Assembly: GCA_035084275.1 (NCBI GenBank)
Contig: CM068757.1
Location: forward strand, 4,774,001 to 4,838,000
Source of the DNA: Hydrolagus colliei
Lineage: Eukaryota
Reading direction: 5' to 3'
DNA length: 64,000 bases
Part shown: piece after piece, positions 26,411 through 38,520 of the stretch
How positions within the stretch are numbered: the stretch's first letter is position 1
Layout of the letters: each line of letters starts with the position of its first letter
Notes under the pieces: model-generated
What the model was told of the DNA's origin: nothing
Databases searched by the model: none
The model's input: only the letters and a program-made list of their open reading frames with translations
Made by a program: the position numbers and the translations under genes

Positions 26411-29024
26411 CTGGGGGCAGTAAAGGCCAAGAAAACTGCAACACTTCAGCTTGACTGCAGATTCATTGACATCTCTTGCACTGTTTATCAACCTAAGCAA
26501 GACAGAGTGCCCCATCACAAATAATTTGTGGAAAATAATCAATAAGCTGAGCAGTGAATACAGCAATACGTCTGTGAATATATTAGCTAACCACTAACTG
26601 TGTAATTTTGGTTTCAAGTACTATTAAATTTGTCAAAATTTGTCTGAATATCTTTATGGGTGGAAACGAAACTGAATAGTGAATTTTCAGCACAAACGTA
26701 GGCATTTGAGTTTATCTATATTTGATTTTTGATCAAACTTCACTCTGGTCTTCCTTATCTGAATCAGGCATTAGCTTTTCAGGTACTGAAATTTGCTGGT
26801 TCTGAAGTGAGCCCTGAGAAAATTAGAATGCTCACCCCTGATAATAAGGAGATACAGTATTGTGTTTGGGTAAATGCTACAAGATTGAGAAATACAGTAC
26901 AATGAATACAATATTCACAACTTATATTACAATATGGGAATGTTAAGTCAGCGTTCCTGAAGCATCCAGGATCCTGTATCACCCATACATTACCAAATCA
27001 AACCACCATGAAGTTCATCATTACTTAGGTCTGGTCTATAAAATGAATTAAAAACTCGGTTTGATGAATGAATAAGAGAATGTAGCAAGCAGCTGTTGAA
27101 TGTATTCATTCTGTGCTACCAATTTCACCGGCTCGCTCTCCTGGAAGGCAATTTATTAAGCAAGATGCAGTCCAAATTCACAAAGATACAAAATAACAAC
27201 ATTGTGTTGCTTATACAATAAAGATGGATTTTTAAAAGTTGTAAACGTACTTGTGGTTGCCATATCCCCATCAATTGGAATTTACCGTATTTGCCATTTC
27301 CTCAACTGGACTTCAAATCTGAGGAGCAATAATTTTCTCTTGACAAGACCCTTGACAAGGCGATATTTAAAGATATTGATCCCATTCTCTGCACCACAGT
27401 CAGAGACACGTTCTCTTCTTCTATTAGAGGTTTAATGGCAGGGATACATTATCAGAGCTAATATGAATCAAATGAAGAAAACTAGTCAAGTGAAACTCTC
27501 TCAATTACCTTCCTCCTTCTGCCGTCACTTAGAATACTGAAGGGCGGTATTTTCATTCCAAGTCCATTGGGGCCGAAAGGGAAAGGATTAAAAAGTAAAT
27601 AACTTCAGATACCTGAAGTAGCTGTGCAGCCACCTGTTACATTCTACATTGAATTAGATTTGAAAGCGAAAAATTTAAAATTCACAGGAATGCCAAGTTC
27701 CATAATGAAATAGGAATGCAATGAAAAGCAAAACAAGAACAACACAATAGAGAATGTTGATAGGGCTCAAAAATGTCTCATTCTGAAAATACACCAGTAC
27801 TCTCTCTGTAGAAATAATGCCAAGTGGCTTATCTCACTGCTGGGGCAGTCTGACAATTTGTGGGGCATTGTCTATGCAAGGATACGCTGGCTTTTCATTG
27901 TGAATCTTCATATGTAACTCTCCTTCGTTACAAGTCTGTAAACAAACTAGTTGAATATCTGCCTCTTAAAATGCTAAAGGCCCTTCCAATCTTAGTTTTA
28001 AAAAAACTGCTGTACATATGAAAGTGCCTTGGTGATGATCTTGAAATGCCATCATTGCAATATTATTCGACGAGGGAAAATTAAGTAAATCTTGCCTTTT
28101 CTATCCTTACCTCCAATGGCATATTGTCAAACTGTACAAGGCATGTGATTTTGTTGGGCTATGTGGATTGGTAGGAATCACAGAATTGAATGCGCTGTTT
28201 GTTTTCTTTTAAACAAGAGTTTGAGGAGAGAGATTCCTTGTTCACCTTTTAACTTTAGCCCACAGTGTTAATTAAGCAAGATTTTCCCCCCCACCCAGAT
28301 ATTGATTGATCTCTTTAGTCAGAAACAACAGACATTAAACAAAATCAGCAAATCATTTATTTTATATAATATACAAATATGTAATAAAATATACAGAAAT
28401 AATTGAATCTTTGATCAACATTTTAAGAATGGGTGGGAAGGGTTTCTAAAAGCCCATTGAGATGCTCGGCAGATGAATGAAATCCAACACTGCATGAAAC
28501 AAAACCACAGACGTTCGGAAACAAATCCCCCAAATAGTCTGTGGAACAACATAGTGCTATTAAAGCAGCCAGATTCGTAATGAAGACAAACTTGCAATTA
28601 AAGCAAGTTGCTGGAATGTTGCATGCTTTGCATAACTTAAAGTTTTACTGACTACGTTAAGTACACTGAAAGGACTGAAATAAAGTAGGCCTAATTAACA
28701 ATGCGTTAATTTTTCTCTCATCAATGAACTGTTGTGATAGCATGGGATGATGAAAAATTGCACACCAATTAACCCGTATCATAAAAACAATATTTTTTAT
28801 GCAATTTGTCCATGCCATCAATCATACGTTTTGAAGCTGAAAGGAAGGTTTAAACTGTGAATTTGACCCAAAAAATAAAGATTTAGAACATAGAAGCCTT
28901 TTTCCTTTGAAGATTAGAAAAACTGTTCCCAAGTGCTCTGGAATGTCACCTAGCGAGGAAGCCGCCATACAAAATGCAAGTTGTTGTTTTGCTCTAGGTA
29001 TAAAATTGTAAGCTCTCAATAACC

Positions 29025-29400
29025 ATTGCATTAGATATATATAGCGCATTTCACATCCGAATGATTTACTGTGAAGAAGTGTATTAACTGTGCGTTTTGT
29101 AGGCGATTGCAGCAGCTCGCCAATTTGCGTACAATAAATAGTTCAACAATAGCCCACAAAGTGAGTTACCCATTTTATCTGGGACAATTGTTGATCAGGA
29201 CACCAGGAGAAACTCCCTTCTGTTTACAAGTAGTGCCTTGGGATCTTTAATTTTAACAACAACAAAATTACATTTGTATAGCGCCTTTCACATCGGGAGG
29301 ATGTATATCCGAAGAGACAGACTTTGGTTTAAAACACCTGATGTGGACTCAAACCGACAACAGCAGTACAACCAACTGAGTGAGATTGGCACCTGCTGTT
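29025..29400 (-). mobile_element. Degenerate Deu-domain SINE interrupted by an L2 tail (29255-29303)
   Basis: gcagcagctcgccaatttgcgtacaa (Deu core, reverse) and caggacaccaggagaaactcccttc...gtgccttgggatcttt, then the aacaacaacaaaattacatttgtatagcgcctttcacatcgggagg insertion. Confidence 0.65.
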
Positions 29401-30273
29401 TCAAGGCAGATGGGGGAATTCTGGCTCGGACACATTTGAAAGTTAGATTCAATAATGAGGTAATTTAAATTGATTGGCCGAGGGAAAGGGAGTCAGTGGA
29501 ATTTGGTAAAGGATAAGTTTCATAGGTTCAGGGACAAAGGATCAGGGAAAGATGTGCCTGTGTAGTTCTGCTGAGCTGGAGTTTATGAAGGATCAAGCTG
29601 GGAAGGTTGTCAAGGAGAGTATTTGTGAAAACAATCAATAAACAAACTCTGAACTACAATACAGTATTACGTGAGGAAAGCAAATTTTGAAAACACTTTT
29701 TTTAAATCATACTTATACAGGAACAAATAATAATACATTTTTATAAAATGAATACATTTTATTTTGGGATCAAGTTTTTTTAAAAAAAACCTGCTTTGCA
29801 TAAAAATTACCACTGGTGGATTGTAAAACTGTTAAATGATATGGCATTTGGGGGATTGCTGTCAGATGCTCTATTCTACAATCCATTCTCATTCCCAGAC
29901 CATTGCAATAATCCATTATTATGGAATGCTATTGATGACAGTATCACAAGTGAGAGTGCGCTTAAAGGCAATTTACGGATGCATGGTCTCAAACATGCTT
30001 CAGCAAGGTATTGCAGAAAGGATCTTACTTCAAGGCAGATGACCTTCACATTGTGTTTTTTCATCTGTGGCCGCTCCATACTTTGGAAAGGGATGTGTTA
30101 GACAGAATTAAAACACATTTGATCAGACCCCTGCTATACCCCATTGCATCCTATTATAGGCCAGTCACTGAATCTGTAAAATCACTGTTCAAAAGCTATT
30201 GTAACACGATAAGCTGTATCACATAATTAGTCACTCTCAGTGCTCATTCCATTCACTGGGGTGCAGTTCCTCT

Positions 30274-30352
30274 TATGTATATATAAATGGATCTAAATGG
30301 ATCTATGTATATATAAATGGATCTACTTATGATCCAAAATGGATCATAAGTA
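30274..30352. repeat. Short tandem duplication plus perfect 13-bp hairpin
   Basis: tatgtatatataaatggatcta occurs twice; then tacttatgatcca-aaa-tggatcataagta (30324-30352). Confidence 0.9.
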
Positions 30353-30367
30353 ACTGTAGAATTATAG

Positions 30368-30501
30368 ACAAAACACAAAGCACTACAGATGCTGGGAATC
30401 TGAAACAGAAGTTGCTGGGGAAACGCAGCAGGTCACGCAGCATCCACGGAGAAAGGAAAATAAGTCAATGTTTCGGGTTTGCAACCCTTCGTCAGAACTG
30501 G
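30368..30501 (-). mobile_element. PLE-derived repeat with intact hammerhead catalytic boxes
   Basis: Minus strand: cagtt-CTGACGA-a-GGGTT-gca-AACCC-GAAAC-att-gact (30500-30463), then ttcctttctccgtggatgctgcgtgacctgctgcg. Confidence 0.75.
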
Positions 30502-30849
30502 GGCTTGTTTGAGGGAGAGGTTTTTAAAGACGTTAGAGGGGGAGAGGCAGAATCTCTTCTTTGTCTCCTTTATCTTCCATAGAAACCAGTACAAGTGCTG
30601 TACCTGGCATGCAGTCTTACACACACGATTACTATTTCTGCAATCCTGTGTATTTCAAACGCTTTGAGACAAAGTACAAAATTAAAAGTTCCTCATAATG
30701 ACACCTTTCTGTTATACATTCATAATCTGACCTGACATTTTTTCAATGTGTAAAATAATGTATATTTGGCAAACCTGCCCGAAACTGTGAAACAAATGTA
30801 ATTCAAAGCCTTGTGAGAATAACCCTCCTCTTGAAAAATGGTTAAACGC

Positions 30850-31010
30850 TTGGTTTAGTTGAATCATTAACGTCGTCCTCAAAGGGTTAAGATCTGGGAT
30901 TTAAGACTGGGCTCGAATCCATGGCAAACGTTCGGCATATATGCCTGCCTTAGGCTTCAATAAAATAGGTTTGGGTGGTCTCAATCTAGTTTCCAGTCAC
31001 TGGTTACAAG
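30850..31010 (+). mobile_element. LF-SINE-like ancient SINE fragment
   Basis: B-box-like gggctcgaatcc, then taaaataggtttgggtggtctcaatctagtttccagt, resembling the LF-SINE block tgaaatgagttggtggtctcagtccagttcctagt (from memory). Confidence 0.4.
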
Positions 31011-32549
31011 TGAAAACATTTCCCAGCTGTCATCTCAGATACTGTGTAGACACAGAGAGACCTCATTTTCTTTCTGTCCTTGGTTGCGTACATTGAAACA
31101 CATTCTCTGCTCCAGTGGCAGTTGTGCTTACGACTGCCATTTAAACAGGGCATTCTTGACTTTTACCCTCTGCTAACAATACACGTCACCCAACTTGTAG
31201 CAATGCTTTCCTCAATGGAGAAATGTCCTTCAGCATCCTGGCAATAAGTTCACTTAGCTCGTCCCGCTGACATTCAGAAAAGTGGAGAGGAACTTACAAT
31301 GAGTTAAAGTTCCCTTCATTCCAAAGCAATTTGGGCTTTCAATGTATCCTTAGAGTAGCAATGGGACATTCATGGAGATGCAGACTACCTATTACAATAC
31401 TTCATTTGCTGACAAGAGGATAATTGGCTATAAAGTGTTTGGGTATTTAACATATTGATGGTTAATTGGTTTCAATGAATGCAGCTGCAACCTCTGAATT
31501 TCTGTCAATTAATCTGGGAGCAATTTCTTCACCAATAAACTGGATATTACTCTCTCCATAGCTCACTGACCCACACCAACTCCATAGAGATGTACTCAAT
31601 TTTGCATGCTATTAGTCAGCTGCCTGCACTTAAGTGTTCTCTAGATGTAATAAAGTTTGGTGCTCCAAATGAGCTTCAGTACAATTCATTATGAGCAGTT
31701 TGTTGAATCGGGATGACTAAGATTAATGCAAACCAACAATTTATATGTTATTCCTCCAAAGCTTGCTTGGCTATGTCACGGGCCTTTTTGTAAAATATCC
31801 CACAACTGCTTCCATCTCTGTGTTCTTTTCCCCGATCTTGGATAATGACTGTTTTGCAGGACAGTGCTGTGTGTGAAGTGACTGTCAGGTCTGACTACAA
31901 TATACAATACACTTTACTGTGCACCCTGTAAAGTGCTTTGAGACGTCTCCACGCGCTATAACGAAAGAATGATGAATTTAACGTGCAACCCTTACTCTCC
32001 AACTGCCTCGAATTGATACAATTCGGACGGATTCAGTCCACTGCCTTGGTTTGCTGAATGAGGGAACCTGGAGGACAGGGAGAAAACTATTTAGTTTTCA
32101 GACATTGGTTGATTCAGTCAACCTGTGCTGCATTCCATTTCATTGATAGCCTCAAAAGCAAACCTTCATCTATTGCCCCTTGTGCAGAAACAATTTTTCT
32201 TTTCCAAATTCCTTTCTAAACGAATATACAGATCAAATGTCCACTGCTCAAGCGGCCTTCAGAACTTGTTCCACTAATGAACAATCGCTTACAAACATTC
32301 CTGCTTTAATAAGGGACTCACATGCTGTTTTGAAAGAGTTTTGAAATCACATGCTGCGCAGTAAATGTGATCAACTTGTAACTCACCTTTTATTGCAATA
32401 CTAATTTCTTTCAATGCTCAGTCTAAGTAAAGGCACCGATAATATTTCATAAAGGGAAGGCTCAGCCACGAAAACAACAAAGCATTACAGTTTGACTATA
32501 ACTGACTGTCGATAACTATTGTTGAGTGCTTATTTAGCTTGATTATTAC

Positions 32550-32765
32550 CCTGTCACCTTCAAAGCCCTCCATGCCCTTTTTCCCCCACCTACCTCTGTG
32601 ACCCCCCCTACGAACCTGCCCGCTCCCTCTGCTCAGCAGTCTCTGGTCCACTTCATGTTCCCCGACTTGCCCAACACACGATTGCCTTCAGCCACTCTGC
32701 CCTCACTCTATGCAATTCTGTCCTGCAGCCTCTCTGCCTCGCCTCCTTCCCTCACCATTGCTGAC
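32550..32765 (+). mobile_element. L2 internal fragment
   Basis: tcaccttcaaagccctccat...ccccacctacctctgtgacc...acctgcccgctccctctgctcagcag; reverse complement of 20860-20980. Confidence 0.8.
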
Positions 32766-35371
32766 AAAACCTTCAGCTGTTCAGTCTGTATACTGTAGAA
32801 CACCATCCTGGAGTCCCTCCATTCTTTACTTTTCTCAACACTTATTGGCAGGTTGGAGGGAAGGGCTGAAATAAACCAGGGTTCCTGTTGATTGTTATCC
32901 ATTGACACCTACTTTAAAAGTACTTATCAGATTCACTGTTAATAAAAATACGATGCATCATGCTACATAATCACACCTATGTCAAAGCTAATAAAACAAT
33001 TTCAACAATTGGACAAACAATAGTACAATACAGTACTTACAATTTCTACTATCAAATTGAAATTCCTAACATATCGAACAAAATCGATTCAATGTACTGC
33101 AATCAATTTCTCCTATTTCATCTGGATTCTAAAGTTACACCGAAATTCTTCATGTTGAAATAGGCTGGAAATGTGTCCTTTTACCTCTGGGGCCTGGATT
33201 CAGGTGTTTTACTCCGTTAGTGTGGACTGGACTGAAGGAACATTGTGGTAAACCAGTCTACGGAATAAAATTGACGTGAATTGCTATAATGGTATCAGTT
33301 GGTCAAACACAAACAATGAAATGCAAGTTTGCCCCTGAGTTCACTTCTTCTGCTATTTTAACCAATATAGCCACTGATAAACCCAAAGGCAGATGCTATG
33401 ATGATGAAAAATATCAAATGGAAAATTTAAATAATTGGACGTATGCCTAACGATGGCCACTGCAGCAGATATATCCACATCTTCTATGTAACAAAGGCTG
33501 TCTTGGCAAAACAAAAATAAATTTAACCTTAGAAAAGCAAATGTTACCGAATGCTTAGAGATGTGCTTCATGAATAAAACATGTTGCCACTGTCTACCAA
33601 CATCATTTCTGCCCATCACCCCCTGAAAAATGTTCTCTGTCACATCACTTGCTTTTTACTGATTGAACATTTTTGATGAGCAGAGATGACATCCTGATTC
33701 AAAGTCTCCACTGAAGTGAAGGACGATGAATGGATTTTCCGCCTAAGGGTATAAAATTATTACAATACTTTATTTCACGAATGCTACACAATGGTAGATT
33801 TCTTCCTGCAGGTCATGCACTTTATTTCCCCCTAATTGTACTTTAAAACTCTCATCTTTATTAAAATTAGAAAACATTTGAGTGGAAAGAATAGACATAA
33901 TGTTTCAAAGCGTACAAAAAAGGGTCTTTTGGGACTTTTCAAACAGATAATGAATGAAGTGAAGATAGCAACGAGAATGCAGTACTCTTCCGAATCATGA
34001 ACAAGTGATGAATATGGTCCTCCTGAATTGCTGAACTCCGATGCAAATACAGTACAGCACATTGCTCTCTGAGAAACCCTCTGTTGTGAAAGGCGCAATA
34101 CGAATGCAAGTTGTTGTTGTTACATTGCAATTTTGGTAATAACGGCTGTCATATCAGCATCGGTAAGTCAGCAACCAGATGTAATGAGGCTACACATTGT
34201 AGAAAGCTACATGCTTACGCCACTACAGTATATTTTGCCCTGAAAGAGTGAAGAATCCCACTCAATCAGTAAACTTTGTCATCGTACTAGGGTATTTCAG
34301 GTCTTAGGTCTTATGAAGAACTGTGCTCACTACATAAATATGAGACTTGGTGTGTTTTTTCAATGGCAGAAGCTTGGGCATAATTTCACGGAGCAACTAT
34401 GAACCAAGACAATATTTTATTGTCGAGTCACAATAATTTACCTCAGTGTATGTACGCTCTGTTATCCTCAGCATGTACTGAAAAAGTACTTTTGATCTGC
34501 ACTAACATTAGATACAAAATTGCTACAAACTCATTTGAAATATATTTGCACATCACAATAGGAGTTTGCAGTGAGACGATAGCAATTGAACACACACAAG
34601 TGATCTATGGTAGTAAGCCTATTTTCTTTCACATTCTATTTTCAAGGATTCTGTTACACCAGGTTATAGGGCGGTGATTAAAGAATTAAGAGATTAAAGT
34701 TTATTTATTGGAAATAGTGCTTGCTCACTTTCAATTGAGAGTGTTCTACATTCAGGAGATAAATAACAGGACACTGGAGATTTGCATCTCTTGAATGTAT
34801 TTTCAAGCGAGTTGTTGTACTCATTTCCGTGAAAATCCTCCCATTTTAAATTTGCTGCTAATAGTTTTTCAGATACCAAAAAAAATCCTCGATGTTGCGT
34901 CGCAAAATGTCGACGTTGGTCAAATTTACAGCGAGTGGCAAACTGTTTTGGTCAATAAAGCAGCGATTGTGTGAGCAGTTCACACTTCACTCATGCTGAT
35001 GCAGTCGTATTGCAATGCACAGTGATAAAATTGGGCGGAAAATGTGCAACTTAGTCAATAGAAAATCCAGAAACAAATATTCTTCTCTGCTTTCAAAATG
35101 CAAAGCTGTTTGAAAGGATAGATCGTAGAGTGAATTCAACACACAATATTTTACCAATTACATGACCGTATTATGATTGCCTATTGTGCATCTGCAACCA
35201 GGCAGTCCATAAATACCAGAACTGCTTGGTGAGGGAATTAGCCTCAAAAGTTGTCATGTTTCTTTGAAGGACGCAAGTTGGTCATTAACTTAAGTTGCCT
35301 ATTCAGATGGAAAGCTAAGCAAGCTATTTGCAACTGCTTTATGCATGAGCTATTCAAAATATTGGTGCCCA

Positions 35372-35727
35372 CATGGCTCAGTTGGGAGCATGTTCGCTTG
35401 TGAGGCTGAAGGTTGTGAGTTCAAACTACCCATGGGGCCTTTTAGCTCATAATTTATGTTGACGCTCCAATACAGTATTGAGGTTGTACTACAATATCGG
35501 AGGTTCTGTGGCACTTAATAAGAGAAGTGACTTTCTCCTGATATCCTGGCCAACGATCCAGCAGATATAATTGATCATTCACTTCATGGCTGTTCATGGT
35601 AACATTGCTGTGTGCAAATTGGCTGCTACGTTTGTTTACAGAAATTACAATCGCTGCACTCTCCAGGAAATCCCGTGAAGAGCTTGACAACTTGATAAGG
35701 TGTTACATCAAATGCAAAGATTATTTT
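35372..35727 (+). mobile_element. SacSINE1/AmnSINE-like Deu-domain SINE
   Basis: tggctcagttgg (A box), ggttgtgagttcaaac (B box), Deu core gctgtgtgcaaattggctgctacgttt, tail gtgaagagcttgac...catcaaatgcaaagattatt. Confidence 0.75.
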
Positions 35728-37439
35728 ATGTGCTGTTACTTCAGAGGTGTCCACACACCTGGAAGATTTGTTTCAAAGCAATTCATTACTTTCCAAGGAG
35801 CCCATAGGCCATAGAAACATCGCCAAACATCCAATTCATGGAATACTTTATCGAAGCCTGGTTTTGTCCCTAAAACTGGCAACATTAAACCGTTACTGGT
35901 TTTAGTTTCCGATTAATCACAGAGCCTCACTCAACAATTGTCAAGTGTGAAAACTGGGCCTGCTTTCGGTTGCAAATCACGTTAGCAATGGCAACTCTTA
36001 AAGAAGCAGAAATTTACATCCTGCACGTGGGTTGAATGCTTGAATTGCAATATAATGTTAGATCTGCTTCATAAAGAAGAATGTCTTTTTGCAGCTGTTT
36101 CGGAGCCTCCAGGTCTGGAACGATCGTGAGACTGCTGGACAATTTCTATCTGGCCACTGAAATTGTCAGCAGGCAGTGATCTGTCAAGGTCCAGACAAAG
36201 GTAACATGCATTTGATCACTGGAAATCGAGCTATTTTGAAGTCGAGTCACGTTTTGTGAAATTGATTTGTTGTTGCCTTTGTGCCTGCTGTGACCACTTT
36301 CTGATGTCAAAAATCCAAATGGAAACTTGTCTATTACTGGGTTTTGCAAACCATTCCATTATCTCTTGCACATTTCAGGGTTGACAACTCCGCAAAACTC
36401 TTGCAAGCCAATCCAACTGCACACAATATGTTCACTTTGTCGCTTCCAACTACAGTACTTTACTTCAAAAGTCAAACAATTCAGTTGGGGTCCATTCCTC
36501 TCCCTTCCCTGTACTGTTTCTCTCAAATTAGAAGCACCAAATTATTGATCAGCAGGACCTAGACAGACTCTCGAGGAACTCTACAGGCCTGTAGCTTGTT
36601 CATGTGTCCTCACCTGTTGCTTCAAATAACTGAGCCAGTTTTCGATCAAACAACTTTATTTCCCATTAATTGCATGAGCTTTAACCTTCCTTGAACATCT
36701 CACATTTGGAACTTATGGAGATGATCTTCAAAGGGTGTGAATGCATTTTCAGGAAAATGAGAAATAATTTCCTTGCATATAACCAGTATGTTTTATTAGG
36801 AGATTAATACTTTATCTGTTTATCTCATCGGAAACTTAATTTTAAATTAGGAAGATTGGTTTCTCTCATCCACTCGGGCAACCTTTAGTTATAATTTATG
36901 CATTCAAACGGATAAACATGGCTGTAATTAACCCACACGCAACTAATTTCCCATGACAGATTAACTTCAGCAATCCGAATCACATCCCAGGTTCAGGCTG
37001 TTAATAACTTTAACATTTTCAATTTAATTAATAATGACACGTGTGTGAAATCCTGCTTAAGTTAATTATACTGTACTGCCACAGTGTGGATGACACAAGA
37101 TGATAGAACATTTTTAGATGATGGCTCTTGGAATACTTTATCTCAGAGCAGCAACTAAAATGAAACAGCATCCAAAAAAATCATTTGAAGTGTAGTTAAA
37201 TACTATACATCTTTTAAGAGGACCCTGACTGCAGCAAACAGATGGTTTTACACTGGAGGTAGTTTCAACAATTTGACCGAGGTGTTGAGATGAATGTGCG
37301 AGCCCAGATGTTTAGTGTTATCGAGCTTTAGTGCTGTTGACTTGCTCCACAGTGATCACAGCTGGGAAATCTGGATGTATCTTTTCTCCCTTCCTCGCTC
37401 ATGCGGTGCTCAATTGTCGTGTCTTTATTCAACGACTGC

Positions 37440-37550
37440 CCCAATTGCACCAAGCTAACACAGCACAGCTCACTTCAGATCAAACTTCAGATTTCCTTGG
37501 TCTGTGTGACTTAGTTTCACAGGAGGCAGAACTTATCAACTGATCCATTG
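37440..37550 (-). mobile_element. Old tRNA-headed SINE 5' fragment (related copy at 48150-48245)
   Basis: Minus strand: tggatcagttg...ctaagtcacacagaccaaggaaatctgaagtttgatc...ctgtgctgtgttagct. Confidence 0.4.
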
Positions 37551-37630
37551 TGGAGAAACTTTAACATGGGTCCAGGAGTGAGTTTCTCCAGAGAAGGGGG
37601 AATCACACAAGGACAGTAAACCATTAAACC

Positions 37631-37694
37631 GACTTACAAATACCAAGGCTTAATATCTGAAACTGACTTACAAATACCAAGGCTTAATAACTGA
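37631..37694. repeat. 34-bp-period tandem duplication
   Basis: gacttacaaataccaaggcttaata(t/a)ctga occurs twice. Confidence 0.9.
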
Positions 37695-38344
37695 ATACAG
37701 CTTTTCCATTGAAAAGATCCCCAATAAAACATAATGTAATGTACTTACCTCTGCTTGCCAAATATCACGTGTCTGTTTTATTTAAATCCCGTGCAGCATC
37801 ATGTGTTGACTCACTGATGGCCCATACGTTCCCTGCTGAACTGTACTGATCGTCAGTCTCAGAGTCCCAGTCCAGCTGCCTGTAATAAACAGCTGGCAAC
37901 AGCATGTTGCCTGATACCTGTCTAAATTCCTATGCAGTTGGGTGGGCAATAAACCGAGCCAGATACTATAATTAAACCCCATGAGTTACTAGAGGCTTGG
38001 CTCAGGGTCATTTTTGTCTTAAAATATTCCTAATCAGTGTAATTTGTTCCTAATGTAGGACTCAGCAAACTGATGAGCAGGTCTTGTTAAAATGGTTGTA
38101 AACATTGGTTGAGCATCAAGTTTCAATGATTGGGTGGTCTGTGAAACTCCATAGGGTTGAAACTTAATCACAGGCCTGCTCGATACCAACTTGATAAGCG
38201 AGGCAGTGTTATACCAAAAAGAGAGGGATGCATTACAATGGGGTACCTCTGTAGAACATGATTGACACTGTGCTAGATTGGCTTTAGCAACTGAGTGAAA
38301 GATGATTGTTTTTTTACCGCTTTCCAGTGCCCTTTAACTTAATG

Positions 38345-38520
38345 GTAATAATGCTTGCATTTGAATGGAGCACTTTTCACATCTCCTACACGTTCCAATA
38401 CGTTTCACAGAAACATACTGTAAAGTGAATTGCCTGTATATTTGTGGGTGAAACATTGCATCGAATTGCACACAGCAGTGTCCCACAAACAGTTGTGGAT
38501 TGAAATGACCAACAAAATTA
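38345..38520 (-). mobile_element. SINE 3' half
   Basis: gcttgcatttgaat...cacagaaacatactgtaaagtgaattg...aattgcacacagcagtgtcccacaaacag; family of 41016. Confidence 0.8.

Noticed and set aside
36095-36200. Plus-strand exon candidate (tttttgcag| ... AAG|gtaaca)
   Set aside because: All three frames contain stops, and no neighbouring exons support it.
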